IMG/VR virus record: IMGVR_UViG_3300012933_000323
Location: 141,556 to 205,555 of that record
Length of the DNA: 64,000 bases
DNA from: a virus
Lineage: Duplodnaviria; Heunggongvirae; Uroviricota; Caudoviricetes
Direction: 5' to 3' (one strand)
The notes under the pieces are model-generated. The model saw nothing but the letters and a program-made list of their open reading frames with translations, was not told where the DNA came from and searched no databases. The translations under genes were made by a program, and so were the position numbers. Positions within the stretch are counted from its first letter, which is position 1; the number at the start of each line of letters is the position of its first letter. This document shows, one piece after another, positions 29,700 through 38,660 of this stretch.

Positions 29700-30662
29700 A
29701 TGTCGTCTGTTATTCAAAACATTATGCAAAAGACACTTGGCGATGGCGCCAGAGCGACAAAATTTGATGTTCTTTTTGAATTTACGAATCCCAAATCAGC
29801 TTTGCCACCGCAAGATGCAATGGCATTGGTTAAAGCTACATCATTCCCTGGTGTTACTCACACCACGATGGATTTTAAGTACAAAGGTAGAAGTGTTCCT
29901 ATTAGAGGTCAGGTCAAGTATACGCAAACCTGGGATTGCACATTCTATTTAACCCAGGATCACTCATTAAAGTACGCGTTTGACAATTGGATTGTTGCGT
30001 TAGATGAGGTTCACGGATATGCAATGCGTGGTCAAGGTGGAGCATTTTTAAATGAAACACGAAAACAACATGCACAAAGAGGGTACACCACTACAATTAA
30101 GCTGTACCAAAGAGACTTTGAAGATACGACTGAGACTGCTGAATACACTTTATTTAACGTATACCCAACAGAAGTAACCCCAATTCAGTATAGTTACGAC
30201 AGCACTGGACAAATTCAAGAATTTACAGTTACATTCGCTTACTCATATTTTACAATGGGTATCCATAAAGGTGGTGCAGGTAACTTCATTGATACATTAA
30301 TTGGTAAATTTAAAGATGCATCTAAAGCATTAGTTGACGGCGTCATTGGCGGCTTGTCAAATTCGATTAACTCGTTTGTTAAAGATGCAACTGGTGATAC
30401 ATTGAATAAGTTGAACGACTGGGCTAAGGGATTGAGCACAGATATTCTTCCATCTATGTCAGACAAATCATTCGGCGACATGGTTGAAGGTGGTACTGGT
30501 CCAACCGGTATGGCCACAGGTATTTACAATGAAGTTGTACAACAGGCTGGTGCCGTTGGTAACTATCTATCAAGTAAACTTAGTGCAGTACAAGGACAAG
30601 TGTCTGGTGCTGTAAACAGTGGATTATCGCAAGCCACTTCAAAAGTAAAATCACTATTCTAA
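29700..30662 (+). CDS. Tail tube protein paralogue with long Gly/Ser/Ala-rich C-terminal extension
   Basis: GDGARATKFDV, VKATSFPG, YKGRSV, WDCTFY, VYPTEV, IQEFTVTFAYSYF. Confidence 0.8.
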   Translation: MSSVIQNIMQKTLGDGARATKFDVLFEFTNPKSALPPQDAMALVKATSFPGVTHTTMDFKYKGRSVPIRGQVKYTQTWDCTFYLTQDHSLKYAFDNWIVALDEVHGYAMRGQGGAFLNETRKQHAQRGYTTTIKLYQRDFEDTTETAEYTLFNVYPTEVTPIQYSYDSTGQIQEFTVTFAYSYFTMGIHKGGAGNFIDTLIGKFKDASKALVDGVIGGLSNSINSFVKDATGDTLNKLNDWAKGLSTDILPSMSDKSFGDMVEGGTGPTGMATGIYNEVVQQAGAVGNYLSSKLSAVQGQVSGAVNSGLSQATSKVKSLF

Positions 30663-30673
30663 TGGAGTTTTAA

Positions 30674-31426
30674 ATGTTTACAATCAGTGACTTAAAGAAA
30701 CATTTAGGACCAGGATTAGGTCTTAGAAAAAACAAATACTTACTAGAGATTCCTGTCCCTGGTATTGAGGGCGTCAAAATTAACGTCCTTGCTAGAAGCG
30801 CAGGTCTTCCAGAAAGAAATATGTCAACCACAGCAGTGTATCACAAAGGTCGCAAATATAACGTTCGCGGCGAAACAGATTATGTTGGGACATATGAAGT
30901 ATCAATTTTAGATGATTCTTCAATGGACATTAGAAAAACATTCGACAGATGGATGAAGCAAGTTGATAATTCTAAACCAAAGAATATGGGTATCTTTAGT
31001 GGTGCATCATATGAAAGTGGCGTTGGTTCTATCTTAAATTCTATTAAGTCTGGATTAGGCGTAGCCAACCAAATTAAGAACGTTTTGCAGAATCCAACAG
31101 AAACTATTGGTGGCTTCTTTCTAGGTCTTGTAGACGCTGGAGAGGCTACTTCATCGGCTAAATATCAAACCGACATCAACGTGTGGCAGTTATCTGCTAC
31201 CGGAGAGAAGGTTTATGGATATAAATTACAGAATGCGTTCCCGGCATCCATCGGTGTAGTTACATTGGATGATGGCGACCAAGATACATTATCAGAATTT
31301 AGTATCATTTTTGCGTTTAGCGAATTTGAGCCATTGGAATCTGCAATTGGCATTAGAGCCGTCGATACATTACTTGGTGATGATGTTAAAGACATCCGCC
31401 ATGGTATTGAAGCACTTGTTGAATAA
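30674..31426 (+). CDS. Tail tube protein paralogue
   Basis: GLRKNKY, ARSAGLPER, HKGRKY, NAFPASIGVVTLD, EFSIIFAFS. Confidence 0.8.
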   Translation: MFTISDLKKHLGPGLGLRKNKYLLEIPVPGIEGVKINVLARSAGLPERNMSTTAVYHKGRKYNVRGETDYVGTYEVSILDDSSMDIRKTFDRWMKQVDNSKPKNMGIFSGASYESGVGSILNSIKSGLGVANQIKNVLQNPTETIGGFFLGLVDAGEATSSAKYQTDINVWQLSATGEKVYGYKLQNAFPASIGVVTLDDGDQDTLSEFSIIFAFSEFEPLESAIGIRAVDTLLGDDVKDIRHGIEALVE

Positions 31427-31429
31427 ATG

Positions 31430-31437
31430 TATAAATA
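31430..31437 (+). promoter_or_regulatory. Late promoter TATAAATA
   Basis: Exact match, followed by an AAGGAG RBS. Confidence 0.75.
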
Positions 31438-31475
31438 ATCTAAACTATGCTTAAAATCAATTAAGGAGATACATA

Positions 31476-32054
31476 ATGGCAAACAGATTGGCAGAACTTA
31501 AGAATGCATTAGGTGCTGGTGCCAGAGCTAACAAGTACAGAGTTAATTTCGCTGTACCTGCGGCAGTACCTACAACATCTAATCTACAACACGTTGATGC
31601 ACTGTGTAAAGCAAGCAACTTCCCATCAATGACCATTGGTCAGATTGAAGTATTCAATCAGGGTCGTAAACTAATTTTACCTGGTGACACAACATATACG
31701 AACGCTTGGACACTATCGTTCTATAACACCGAAGATCACGCTCTACGTAAAGACATGATCGCTTGGATGACGGCAGCTGACCACTTCCAAAACAATACAC
31801 ACTCTGGCAACCCTGCTGCATTGATGGGCGAACTATCAGTTGAGCAGTTGGACAGCGCTGGTAATCCAACAGCTAAGTACACGTTCCACAACGTATTCGT
31901 ACAAGAAGTTGGCGAAGTTTCTACTGGTGATGACCAAGTTGATACTATTCAGGAATTTGATGTAACATTCAGCTTCACTGATTGGGTAGTTGGCGATGGT
32001 TCATTAAACAACCCAGCAGCTGGTAAGTCAGCTACATTGAACGACGTAGCCTAA
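31476..32054 (+). CDS. gp19: Major tail tube protein
   Basis: GAGARANKYRV, LCKASNFPSMTIGQIEV, GRKLILPGD, IQEFDVTFSFTDW. Has its own late promoter and strong RBS. Confidence 0.88.
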   Translation: MANRLAELKNALGAGARANKYRVNFAVPAAVPTTSNLQHVDALCKASNFPSMTIGQIEVFNQGRKLILPGDTTYTNAWTLSFYNTEDHALRKDMIAWMTAADHFQNNTHSGNPAALMGELSVEQLDSAGNPTAKYTFHNVFVQEVGEVSTGDDQVDTIQEFDVTFSFTDWVVGDGSLNNPAAGKSATLNDVA

Positions 32055-32065
32055 TACACCGCTAA

Positions 32066-32614
32066 ATGGCAAAGAACAGTAAGTTACATTTAAAAGTTAA
32101 AGAACTTTCCCCAAAAGATTCTGTTGAGGCAGTTAAAGAATTGCTTAAACGTAGAAGAACTCTTGAAGGGAAAGATCTTAAGCCTGGTCATCTAATTTTT
32201 ACATATTATGATGCCAAGTATAAAGAAAATACTTACGATAAAACACCATTAGTGTTAATTTTAAGGCGCAATGCGACACATACTTTAGGTTTAAACTTCC
32301 ACTGGATTCCTTATAGTATGCGTATTAACTTGGTGAAGTTTATCATCGAGAAGAATGCCGCCAATATTAGACAGCGTAAAGCTTTAAAGTTTAGTTATGC
32401 CGAGTTAAGACCAATGCTAAAATCATTAGGTTACGCACCGTGTATTAGACTTTATATTAATAATCGCTTTGCACCAACTGGTGTTGTATTACCATCACAC
32501 CAATTAATGCATGTTGCTAGATTAAAAGCCGAAACATTTACAAAAGGTAAGTATTCTGCATCTCAATTGTATGCAATGGCTCGCGCAAAACACGCTGCAC
32601 CAAAGAGAAAATAA
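32066..32614 (+). CDS. gp2: DNA end protector protein
   Basis: PGHLIFTYYDAKYK..YDKTPLVL...GLNFHWIP...CIRLY. Confidence 0.85.
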   Translation: MAKNSKLHLKVKELSPKDSVEAVKELLKRRRTLEGKDLKPGHLIFTYYDAKYKENTYDKTPLVLILRRNATHTLGLNFHWIPYSMRINLVKFIIEKNAANIRQRKALKFSYAELRPMLKSLGYAPCIRLYINNRFAPTGVVLPSHQLMHVARLKAETFTKGKYSASQLYAMARAKHAAPKRK

Positions 32615-32631
32615 GTTTCATAATATGAAAG

Positions 32632-32639
32632 TATAAATA
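32632..32639 (+). promoter_or_regulatory. Late promoter TATAAATA
   Basis: Exact match. Confidence 0.7.
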
Positions 32640-32665
32640 TAGAAACAGATCAGGAAAGGAACGAT

Positions 32666-32857
32666 ATGAACTTAGACAAAACTGTTATTGATAAAGCTGT
32701 TGATAAAAAGTACACAGATTTTTCAGACATAATCAAAACTGAACTTTATACAAAAATAAGAAATCATCAAAGTTCTGTGGCTTATGCTACGGAATATGAT
32801 AAGGTCCAGTCTGTAAAACAAAAGTTTGCTGAAATCAATGGTCCATCCGAGGAGTAA
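32666..32857 (+). CDS. Small prohead core-like protein
   Basis: 63 aa, just upstream of the prohead protease, with late promoter and AAGGA RBS. Confidence 0.55.
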   Translation: MNLDKTVIDKAVDKKYTDFSDIIKTELYTKIRNHQSSVAYATEYDKVQSVKQKFAEINGPSEE

Positions 32858-32861
32858 AACC

Positions 32862-33545
32862 ATGAAGTTAATGTTTGACATTGACGCACAACCAGAATTC
32901 ATTATTGAAGAAGTAGTTAACGAAGCTACTGGTGCAACAAGTAAAAAGTATAAGATCGCTGGCGTATTTAGCACGATTGGCGAGAAAAATAGAAACGGTC
33001 GCATGTACCCACGTGAATTGTGGGAAGGCGAAGTTCAGAAGTATCAAGAAAACTTCCAAAGCGGTTCAATCAACACATTAATGGAATGGGAACACCCAGC
33101 TCGTACAAATGTTGATCCTATGGAAGCTGTAGCGAAAATCACGTCTTTAAAGATTAAAGATAAATTTGTTATGGGTGAAGCGGTTCTTTTAGATAACCCT
33201 AAAGCTAACCAATTAAAGTCATTAATTGAAAACGGTGTAAAAATCTCAGTTTCAAGCCGTGGCGTTGGGTCAGTTAAGAATGGTATCGTTGAGAATTTTA
33301 AGCTTGTAACATATGACGTGGTTGCTGCACCGAGTGATTACAACGCAACAATGAATGGTTTAGTTGAGTCACACAGATTAAACGAAGGTGTTATCGAAGG
33401 TTTGTCGTTCAGTATTGATGGTTTTGGTAATATCGTTCCAATGAGTGAAAGCAGCAATGCTGAACATTTGTTTGAAAAAGAAGACATTAAGAACGCTTTC
33501 CAAACGAAATTCGCACAAGTTCTTGAAGAACTAAAGAATAAATAA
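32862..33545 (+). CDS. gp21: Prohead core protease
   Basis: EKNRNGRMYP, EWEHP, ISVSSRGVGS, YDVVAAPS. Confidence 0.95.
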   Translation: MKLMFDIDAQPEFIIEEVVNEATGATSKKYKIAGVFSTIGEKNRNGRMYPRELWEGEVQKYQENFQSGSINTLMEWEHPARTNVDPMEAVAKITSLKIKDKFVMGEAVLLDNPKANQLKSLIENGVKISVSSRGVGSVKNGIVENFKLVTYDVVAAPSDYNATMNGLVESHRLNEGVIEGLSFSIDGFGNIVPMSESSNAEHLFEKEDIKNAFQTKFAQVLEELKNK

Positions 33546-33606
33546 ATAATAATGTAATGATGGGAATATCTCCCAAAACATGAAGTTTAAATTACAAAGA
33601 TTATTG

Positions 33607-33614
33607 TATAAATA
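33607..33614 (+). promoter_or_regulatory. Late promoter TATAAATA
   Basis: Exact match upstream of the scaffold gene. Confidence 0.75.
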
Positions 33615-33642
33615 ATTACAAATTAAAACAAGGAGATGAAAC

Positions 33643-34371
33643 ATGCTAGAGAAACTTTTCGAATCACTAGACGAGAAAGTTTTTACTACTGAGTTGAAAG
33701 AAGCTCTTGAAGTTCAATTCAACACAGCAGTAGAATCTAAAGCTGCATTAATCGCCGAAGCTAAAATTGAAGAAGAAATTACTTCTCTAAATGAAAAGTC
33801 TGAAGCACACATCGATTTCTTAAATGAAAAAGCCGATGCTTATGTTGCAATGAAACAAGCAGAAATGGTTGAGTCATTAGACAAGTATTTGGACCGTGTG
33901 GTTTCTGAATTCATTGCTGAGGCACAAAGTGCACTTGATGAGTCTATCAAATCAGAAAAAGCCGATATGATTATCGAAGCTTTCGATTCTATGTTAATTG
34001 CTACTGGTGTAGAAGTTGCAAAGATCGTTGAAGCTAAAGATGAATCCGCGGTAGAAAAGAAACTAGAAGAAAGCGTTGCAAAATACGATACACTAGTTGA
34101 AGAAGTCATTACTCTTAAGGGAGAGAATGATACGTTAGTTAAGTTAGGCGTAATCAATGAAATGAAAGAAGGCCTTTCAATTGTTGAAGCTGAAAAATTC
34201 CTTAAACTTGCCGACTTAGTCGAGTTTACACGTGATGAAGCATTCGCTACTAAACTAGAAACAATCAAAGAATCCGTTAAGGGTGCTGTTGAAGTCAAAG
34301 AAGAAGAAAAAGTAACTGAAAGCGTTAAGACAGATGCTGTTAAAGCACCAGTCTGGGCTCACTTAGTTTAA
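33643..34371 (+). CDS. gp22: Prohead core scaffold protein
   Basis: Glu-rich coiled coil, LDKYLDRVV, KLETIKES. Lies between protease and capsid genes. Confidence 0.88.
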   Translation: MLEKLFESLDEKVFTTELKEALEVQFNTAVESKAALIAEAKIEEEITSLNEKSEAHIDFLNEKADAYVAMKQAEMVESLDKYLDRVVSEFIAEAQSALDESIKSEKADMIIEAFDSMLIATGVEVAKIVEAKDESAVEKKLEESVAKYDTLVEEVITLKGENDTLVKLGVINEMKEGLSIVEAEKFLKLADLVEFTRDEAFATKLETIKESVKGAVEVKEEEKVTESVKTDAVKAPVWAHLV

Positions 34372-34387
34372 TTTCTAAATCTAAAAA

Positions 34388-34395
34388 TATAAATA
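34388..34395 (+). promoter_or_regulatory. Late promoter TATAAATA
   Basis: Exact match upstream of the major capsid gene. Confidence 0.8.
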
Positions 34396-34426
34396 ATAGA
34401 AAATATTCTAATAGGAGAAAATAAAA

Positions 34427-35689
34427 ATGGAAAACATTCAAGCTCTACTTGAAAGTTCAAAGTATACTCCATTGTCTGCTTCTGATTCTGCAGCTATGAA
34501 GTTAATGCTAGAGAACACTGAAAAGGAACACGCTCGTTTAGTTGCTGAAGGCACACTATCTGGCGACGTTGCTCAGTTCACACCGATCCTAATGCCAATG
34601 GTTCGCCGTGTATATCCAAACCTTATTGCAAATGAATTGCTAGGTGTTCAACCAATGGCTATGCCTACTGGTTTCATCTATGCATTGACAAACCAATACA
34701 CAGGTACTGCCGACGAAGGTACTAACGGTAACTTAAAAATTATCAAAGTAACTTCTGGTGATGCTTCTGGTATCGCAATTTACAGCGAAGGTGATTTACA
34801 CTTAGTTGCTAAGGATGCTGTTCTAACTGGTTTAACAGTTGCTGCTACATTCACTAACGAAGCTGCTTTCGGTAAAATCCTTAAGGGTTACACTGGTACT
34901 TATTCTACAGCTCAAGCTGAACGTCTAGCTCGCGATATGCGCGAAGTTGGTTTCTCAATCAGCAAGAAATCTGTTGAAGCTAAGTCACGCGCTTTGAAAG
35001 GTCAATACACTGTTGAAATGTATCAAGACTTGAAGAGCCAACACGGTCTTCTAGCTGACGAAGAGATCATGTCTCTAATGTCATATGAAATGCAAGCTGA
35101 AATCGATCGTGAAGTTGTAGATTTCGTTAATGCTACTGCAACTCAACTAGCTGATACTGCCTTCACTGCTGACGCAAATGATGGTACAGGCCGTTGGGAA
35201 ATTGAAAAGTACCGTGCTCAAGCTATCCGTATTTCACGTGAAGCTGCTCAAATCGGTCTAGATACTAAACGTGGTCAAGGTAACATCCTATTGGTTTCTC
35301 CAAAGGTTGCTACAATGTTAGAACAAGTTGGTACATACAAGACAGCTACTCAAGTTTCTGCTGTTAGCGCTCCAGTTTCTGGTGGTGTAGCAGGTACATT
35401 CGATGGCCGTTACAAGGTTGTTATCGACCAGTACGCAACTTCTGATTACGTAACTGTTCTTTACAAAGGTGCTGACCGTCGTGATGCTATGGGCTTCTTC
35501 GCTCCATACGTTCCAATGAGCTTCACTAAAGTAACTAACGCTGACTCTGGTCAACCAGCAGTTATCGCTAAGACTCGTTACGCTTTGGATACAATCCCAG
35601 GCGTTGAATCTCCAACATCTACTGACCGTGCTTCTAAGTATGCTCGTTCATTCGGTGTAGACTTCACTAACACTGTTTTAGCAGTTTAA
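34427..35689 (+). CDS. gp23: Major capsid protein
   Basis: PMVRRVYPNLIANELLGVQPMAMPTGFIYAL, EAKSRALK, QDLKSQHG, EIDRE, FFAPYVP, KTRYAL. Highly biased codons. Confidence 0.97.
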   Translation: MENIQALLESSKYTPLSASDSAAMKLMLENTEKEHARLVAEGTLSGDVAQFTPILMPMVRRVYPNLIANELLGVQPMAMPTGFIYALTNQYTGTADEGTNGNLKIIKVTSGDASGIAIYSEGDLHLVAKDAVLTGLTVAATFTNEAAFGKILKGYTGTYSTAQAERLARDMREVGFSISKKSVEAKSRALKGQYTVEMYQDLKSQHGLLADEEIMSLMSYEMQAEIDREVVDFVNATATQLADTAFTADANDGTGRWEIEKYRAQAIRISREAAQIGLDTKRGQGNILLVSPKVATMLEQVGTYKTATQVSAVSAPVSGGVAGTFDGRYKVVIDQYATSDYVTVLYKGADRRDAMGFFAPYVPMSFTKVTNADSGQPAVIAKTRYALDTIPGVESPTSTDRASKYARSFGVDFTNTVLAV

Positions 35690-35694
35690 TTAAT

Positions 35695-35746
35695 GCTCCT
35701 TCGGGAGCTTAATAAAAAAGGAACCCTTCGGGGTTCCTTTGTTGTT
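35695..35746. terminator. Two tandem UUCG hairpins; the second is a bidirectional intrinsic terminator
   Basis: GCTCC-TTCG-GGAGC (35695-35708) and AAAGGAACCC-TTCG-GGGTTCCTTT (35717-35740) between convergent gp23 and thyA. Confidence 0.88.
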
Positions 35747-36606
35747 TATACCGCCATTGGTGCTGGGATACTATCCATAGGTTTGTAATTTTCTAACTTG
35801 TACATTTCAGGGAACGTACATAATAGACTTTCCAAATCATCAAAATCTGGCATTTGTAATAATGGTAGTGTTTGCGGATCACGAGATAGTTGTTCTTTTA
35901 CTTGCTCAAAGTGGTTACTGTAAATGTGGCAATCACCACCCGCCCAAATAAACTCACCAACCTGTAATCCAGTAATCTTTGCTAGCATATGAGTTAATAA
36001 AGCATAACTCGCAATATTGAAAGGAACGCCTAAAAACATATCAGCGCTTCGTTGGTACATTTGGCAACTTAATTTACCATTCATAACTCTGAATTGCGCA
36101 AGAGTATGGCATGGTGGCAAAGCCATTTGGTCAAGTTGAACAGGATTCCAAGCACTTAGAATGATACGTCGTGAATCTGGATCATTCTTCAGTTGGTTAA
36201 TCACAGTTTGAATTTGATCGCATTCCTGATCATTAAAGTTACGCCATTGACGGCCATAAACAGGACCAAGATACTTAACCGTAGAAGTATTCTCGTATCC
36301 AAGCTTTTTGCCTTGGTTATCAGCATTTGCTGTCCAAATAGTATTCTTACCGATTAGATCTTCACGATCCATACCAAATGTAATTTCGGCTAGACGACGT
36401 TCATCCTCTGAACCTTCTAAGAACCAAAGTAATTCGCCAACAACAGCTTTCCACGCAAGTTTCTTTGTTGTTACTGCGGGAAAACCATCTTGAAGATTAA
36501 ATCGCATCTGGTAACCAAATACCGATCGTGTGCCAACGCCGGTACGATCTGAAACGTCTTCACCGTTTTCTAAAATATGTTTTAGTGCATCTAAATATTG
36601 TCTCAC
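35746..36606 (-). CDS. thyA: Thymidylate synthase
   Basis: DRTGVGT, ELLWFL, LGPVYGRQWR, MALPPCH, YQRSADMFLGVPFNIASY. GTG start follows GGAG. Confidence 0.97.
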   Translation of the reverse strand: MRQYLDALKHILENGEDVSDRTGVGTRSVFGYQMRFNLQDGFPAVTTKKLAWKAVVGELLWFLEGSEDERRLAEITFGMDREDLIGKNTIWTANADNQGKKLGYENTSTVKYLGPVYGRQWRNFNDQECDQIQTVINQLKNDPDSRRIILSAWNPVQLDQMALPPCHTLAQFRVMNGKLSCQMYQRSADMFLGVPFNIASYALLTHMLAKITGLQVGEFIWAGGDCHIYSNHFEQVKEQLSRDPQTLPLLQMPDFDDLESLLCTFPEMYKLENYKPMDSIPAPMAV

Positions 36607-37091
36607 AAAGCTCTCCTGTAAATATAATAGCAATTGTCGTTTGTAACATCTCCTTGAATGAGCGTAAATTTGTCTTCAAGAATATTAAGGTCTATGAACT
36701 TATCACATTCATAATGGCCCTTTACAATTGTAAGATGTACTTCTTCTATTAAATCCCAACATTGGTTTAATAAATTAGGTCCACCAATAACCCAAATGTC
36801 TTTTTCTGGAAGACGTTCAGATAAATCTTTAATAGTTTCTAGTGGGGTGTTTGTAGTTAAAGTGCTGCCATCTTGGAATCTACTAGAGTCAGATGTAACA
36901 ACAACGTTCACCCTGTTTTTCAAAGGTGCAGGAAAGCATGGGTCGAACCAAGTATTGGAACCCATTACTACAATATGACCTGTTGTTTTATTTTTGAATT
37001 GAAGAAGATCTTCTTTATTTGCTGGCCAAGGTAGAGTGCCGTTTTTACCGACACCCCACATTTGGTCAACCGCCATGATAGCTTTAATCAT
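36603..37091 (-). CDS. folA: Dihydrofolate reductase
   Basis: GVGKNGTLPW, EDLLQFK, VVMGSNTW, PLKNRVNVVVT, VIGG. Confidence 0.93.
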   Translation of the reverse strand: MIKAIMAVDQMWGVGKNGTLPWPANKEDLLQFKNKTTGHIVVMGSNTWFDPCFPAPLKNRVNVVVTSDSSRFQDGSTLTTNTPLETIKDLSERLPEKDIWVIGGPNLLNQCWDLIEEVHLTIVKGHYECDKFIDLNILEDKFTLIQGDVTNDNCYYIYRRAL

Positions 37092-37138
37092 TCTGTTGCC
37101 TTATAGTGTAGAAACTATTTTAACAACAGAATGGTTAA

Positions 37139-37855
37139 TTATTTAGCTAACGGATTATCCAATGCTTTTTGGATTTTTGTGTCGATTTCTTTCTTCAACG
37201 AACGAATTTCTTGTTCATTTTGTTGACGAATTTGACGAACTTCTTGCTCAGATTCACGATTTGATTGTTTAGATGTACGTTCAACCTGATCAACGATAGT
37301 CTCTAAACGACGGATATCTTGCTTAAGATCATTTTTAATATCTTGAGTATATTGAACGGATTTCTCTGAGTTCTGCTCAGAGATTTCAATCTTCTTATAA
37401 ATTTCAGATAGATCTGGCGCAACATACTTTTCAATCTTGTTCTTCATGTCTTGATAGTCTTTATATACTTCAAATGAACCATATAGACCGCCAAGGCCAG
37501 TTGATAAGATTGTACCAAGAATCATTAACTTTGCTGGAGTAAAACTATAACCAGCAATGGTCCATACGGTATTCTTATCCGTTAAGTTTTGCAACTTATC
37601 AATCTCAGCATTTACATCCACAGTGCCAGCTGGTACTTTAGATTTTGCTGTTCTTGTCGTTTTACCTTTAACGGGCTTTTTCTTTTTTGTTGCTTTCTTT
37701 TTATTTGCTGCAACAGCCGCGGCAAGCGCAACACCCGTAAGACCAGTTAAGTCAATATCGTCTTCAGTATTTTCATCTTCAGATTCATTATCCTCAAGAT
37801 CTTCAATTTGATCTTCATCTAATTCGTCTTCTGGTTTGTTATTTTCTTCTGACAT
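37139..37855 (-). CDS. Membrane-anchored coiled-coil protein
   Basis: Acidic then Lys-rich N-terminus, TM segment LMILGTILSTGLGGLYG, long coiled coil ending ALDNPLAK. Confidence 0.7.
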   Translation of the reverse strand: MSEENNKPEDELDEDQIEDLEDNESEDENTEDDIDLTGLTGVALAAAVAANKKKATKKKKPVKGKTTRTAKSKVPAGTVDVNAEIDKLQNLTDKNTVWTIAGYSFTPAKLMILGTILSTGLGGLYGSFEVYKDYQDMKNKIEKYVAPDLSEIYKKIEISEQNSEKSVQYTQDIKNDLKQDIRRLETIVDQVERTSKQSNRESEQEVRQIRQQNEQEIRSLKKEIDTKIQKALDNPLAK

Positions 37856-37856
37856 G

Positions 37857-38267
37857 TTATTTCCCTTTGTTTACTACAGTTACATAGTCCTGTGTCTCAG
37901 TAATATAGTCAGCAGTTTTGCTGTTATATGCGCTGCCACCAAAGAATTTAACCGCGTAGTACATTAGTGTACGGCGCCATTCTGCTACACCGTTATCTTT
38001 CATCATATCAAGGAACAATAAGTCTGATTCTTCCTTTGATAGGGCGTGGGATGCATATAGTCCATCATGAATTAATGCAGAACCAACGTACTTCCCATTC
38101 ATTGGGCAACCGATAATGCTCCATAAAACTTTTGGAATTGATGCACCATCGGTTAGTAAACCAGATTTAATGGTGACCTTATACTGATCGTTCTCATAAG
38201 TTAACGAACTTTTAAGTTTATATACTTCTGAGTCAATTCTTTCTAATATAGTTTTACCACTAAACAT
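37857..38267 (-). CDS. DUF1353 family protein
   Basis: GLLTDGASIP, ALIHDGLY, SDLLFLDMM, MYYAVKFFG. Confidence 0.85.
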   Translation of the reverse strand: MFSGKTILERIDSEVYKLKSSLTYENDQYKVTIKSGLLTDGASIPKVLWSIIGCPMNGKYVGSALIHDGLYASHALSKEESDLLFLDMMKDNGVAEWRRTLMYYAVKFFGGSAYNSKTADYITETQDYVTVVNKGK

Positions 38268-38276
38268 AATATATCC

Positions 38277-38621
38277 TTAGTCTTTCTTGTTTGCGTATGC
38301 GTTAGCACCGAAGAATGCAGCAACTAATGCAGAGATAGCAACGAAGTATGTTGGTGCGATGTCACCGATAATTTTCGCAGCATCGTCAACATCCAACCAT
38401 GATGCAATAACGATAGTCACTGGATATAGTAACATACCCCATAGTGCAAACCATGTCATTTTACGCATAGCATCACGTTGTGCGTCTTGGTCTTCTAATT
38501 CACGGCGCTTGAATTCTAAGTGCATGTCTAATTCAGAACGTGTAATACGGCCATCACCGTTTGTATCTGCACTTTCTAAACCGGTGCCTGCTTCTATTGT
38601 TAAGTCTTTATTTTCAGCCAT
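38277..38621 (-). CDS. EF-hand + two-TM membrane protein (holin-like)
   Basis: DTNGDGRITRSE canonical EF loop, two TM helices, short basic tail. Confidence 0.7.
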   Translation of the reverse strand: MAENKDLTIEAGTGLESADTNGDGRITRSELDMHLEFKRRELEDQDAQRDAMRKMTWFALWGMLLYPVTIVIASWLDVDDAAKIIGDIAPTYFVAISALVAAFFGANAYANKKD

Positions 38622-38660
38622 TATTATTCTCCTTTAGAATTTTTTATCATTCTATCCTGC

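Noticed and set aside
14108-33575. Small GGGA-N5/6-TCCC hairpins at 14108-14121 and 33561-33575
   Set aside because: Stems of 4-5 bp in only two copies are too weak to distinguish from chance.
33840-34298. Long antisense ORFs opposite gp22, gp5 and the tape-measure gene
   Set aside because: Expected by-product of biased codon usage. They have no RBS and show Ser/Phe-rich nonsense composition.
35746-36606. thyA as a dCMP/dUMP hydroxymethylase for modified DNA
   Set aside because: It has the canonical PCH and RSADMFLGVPFN (dUMP-specifying Asn) motifs and is paired with DHFR.
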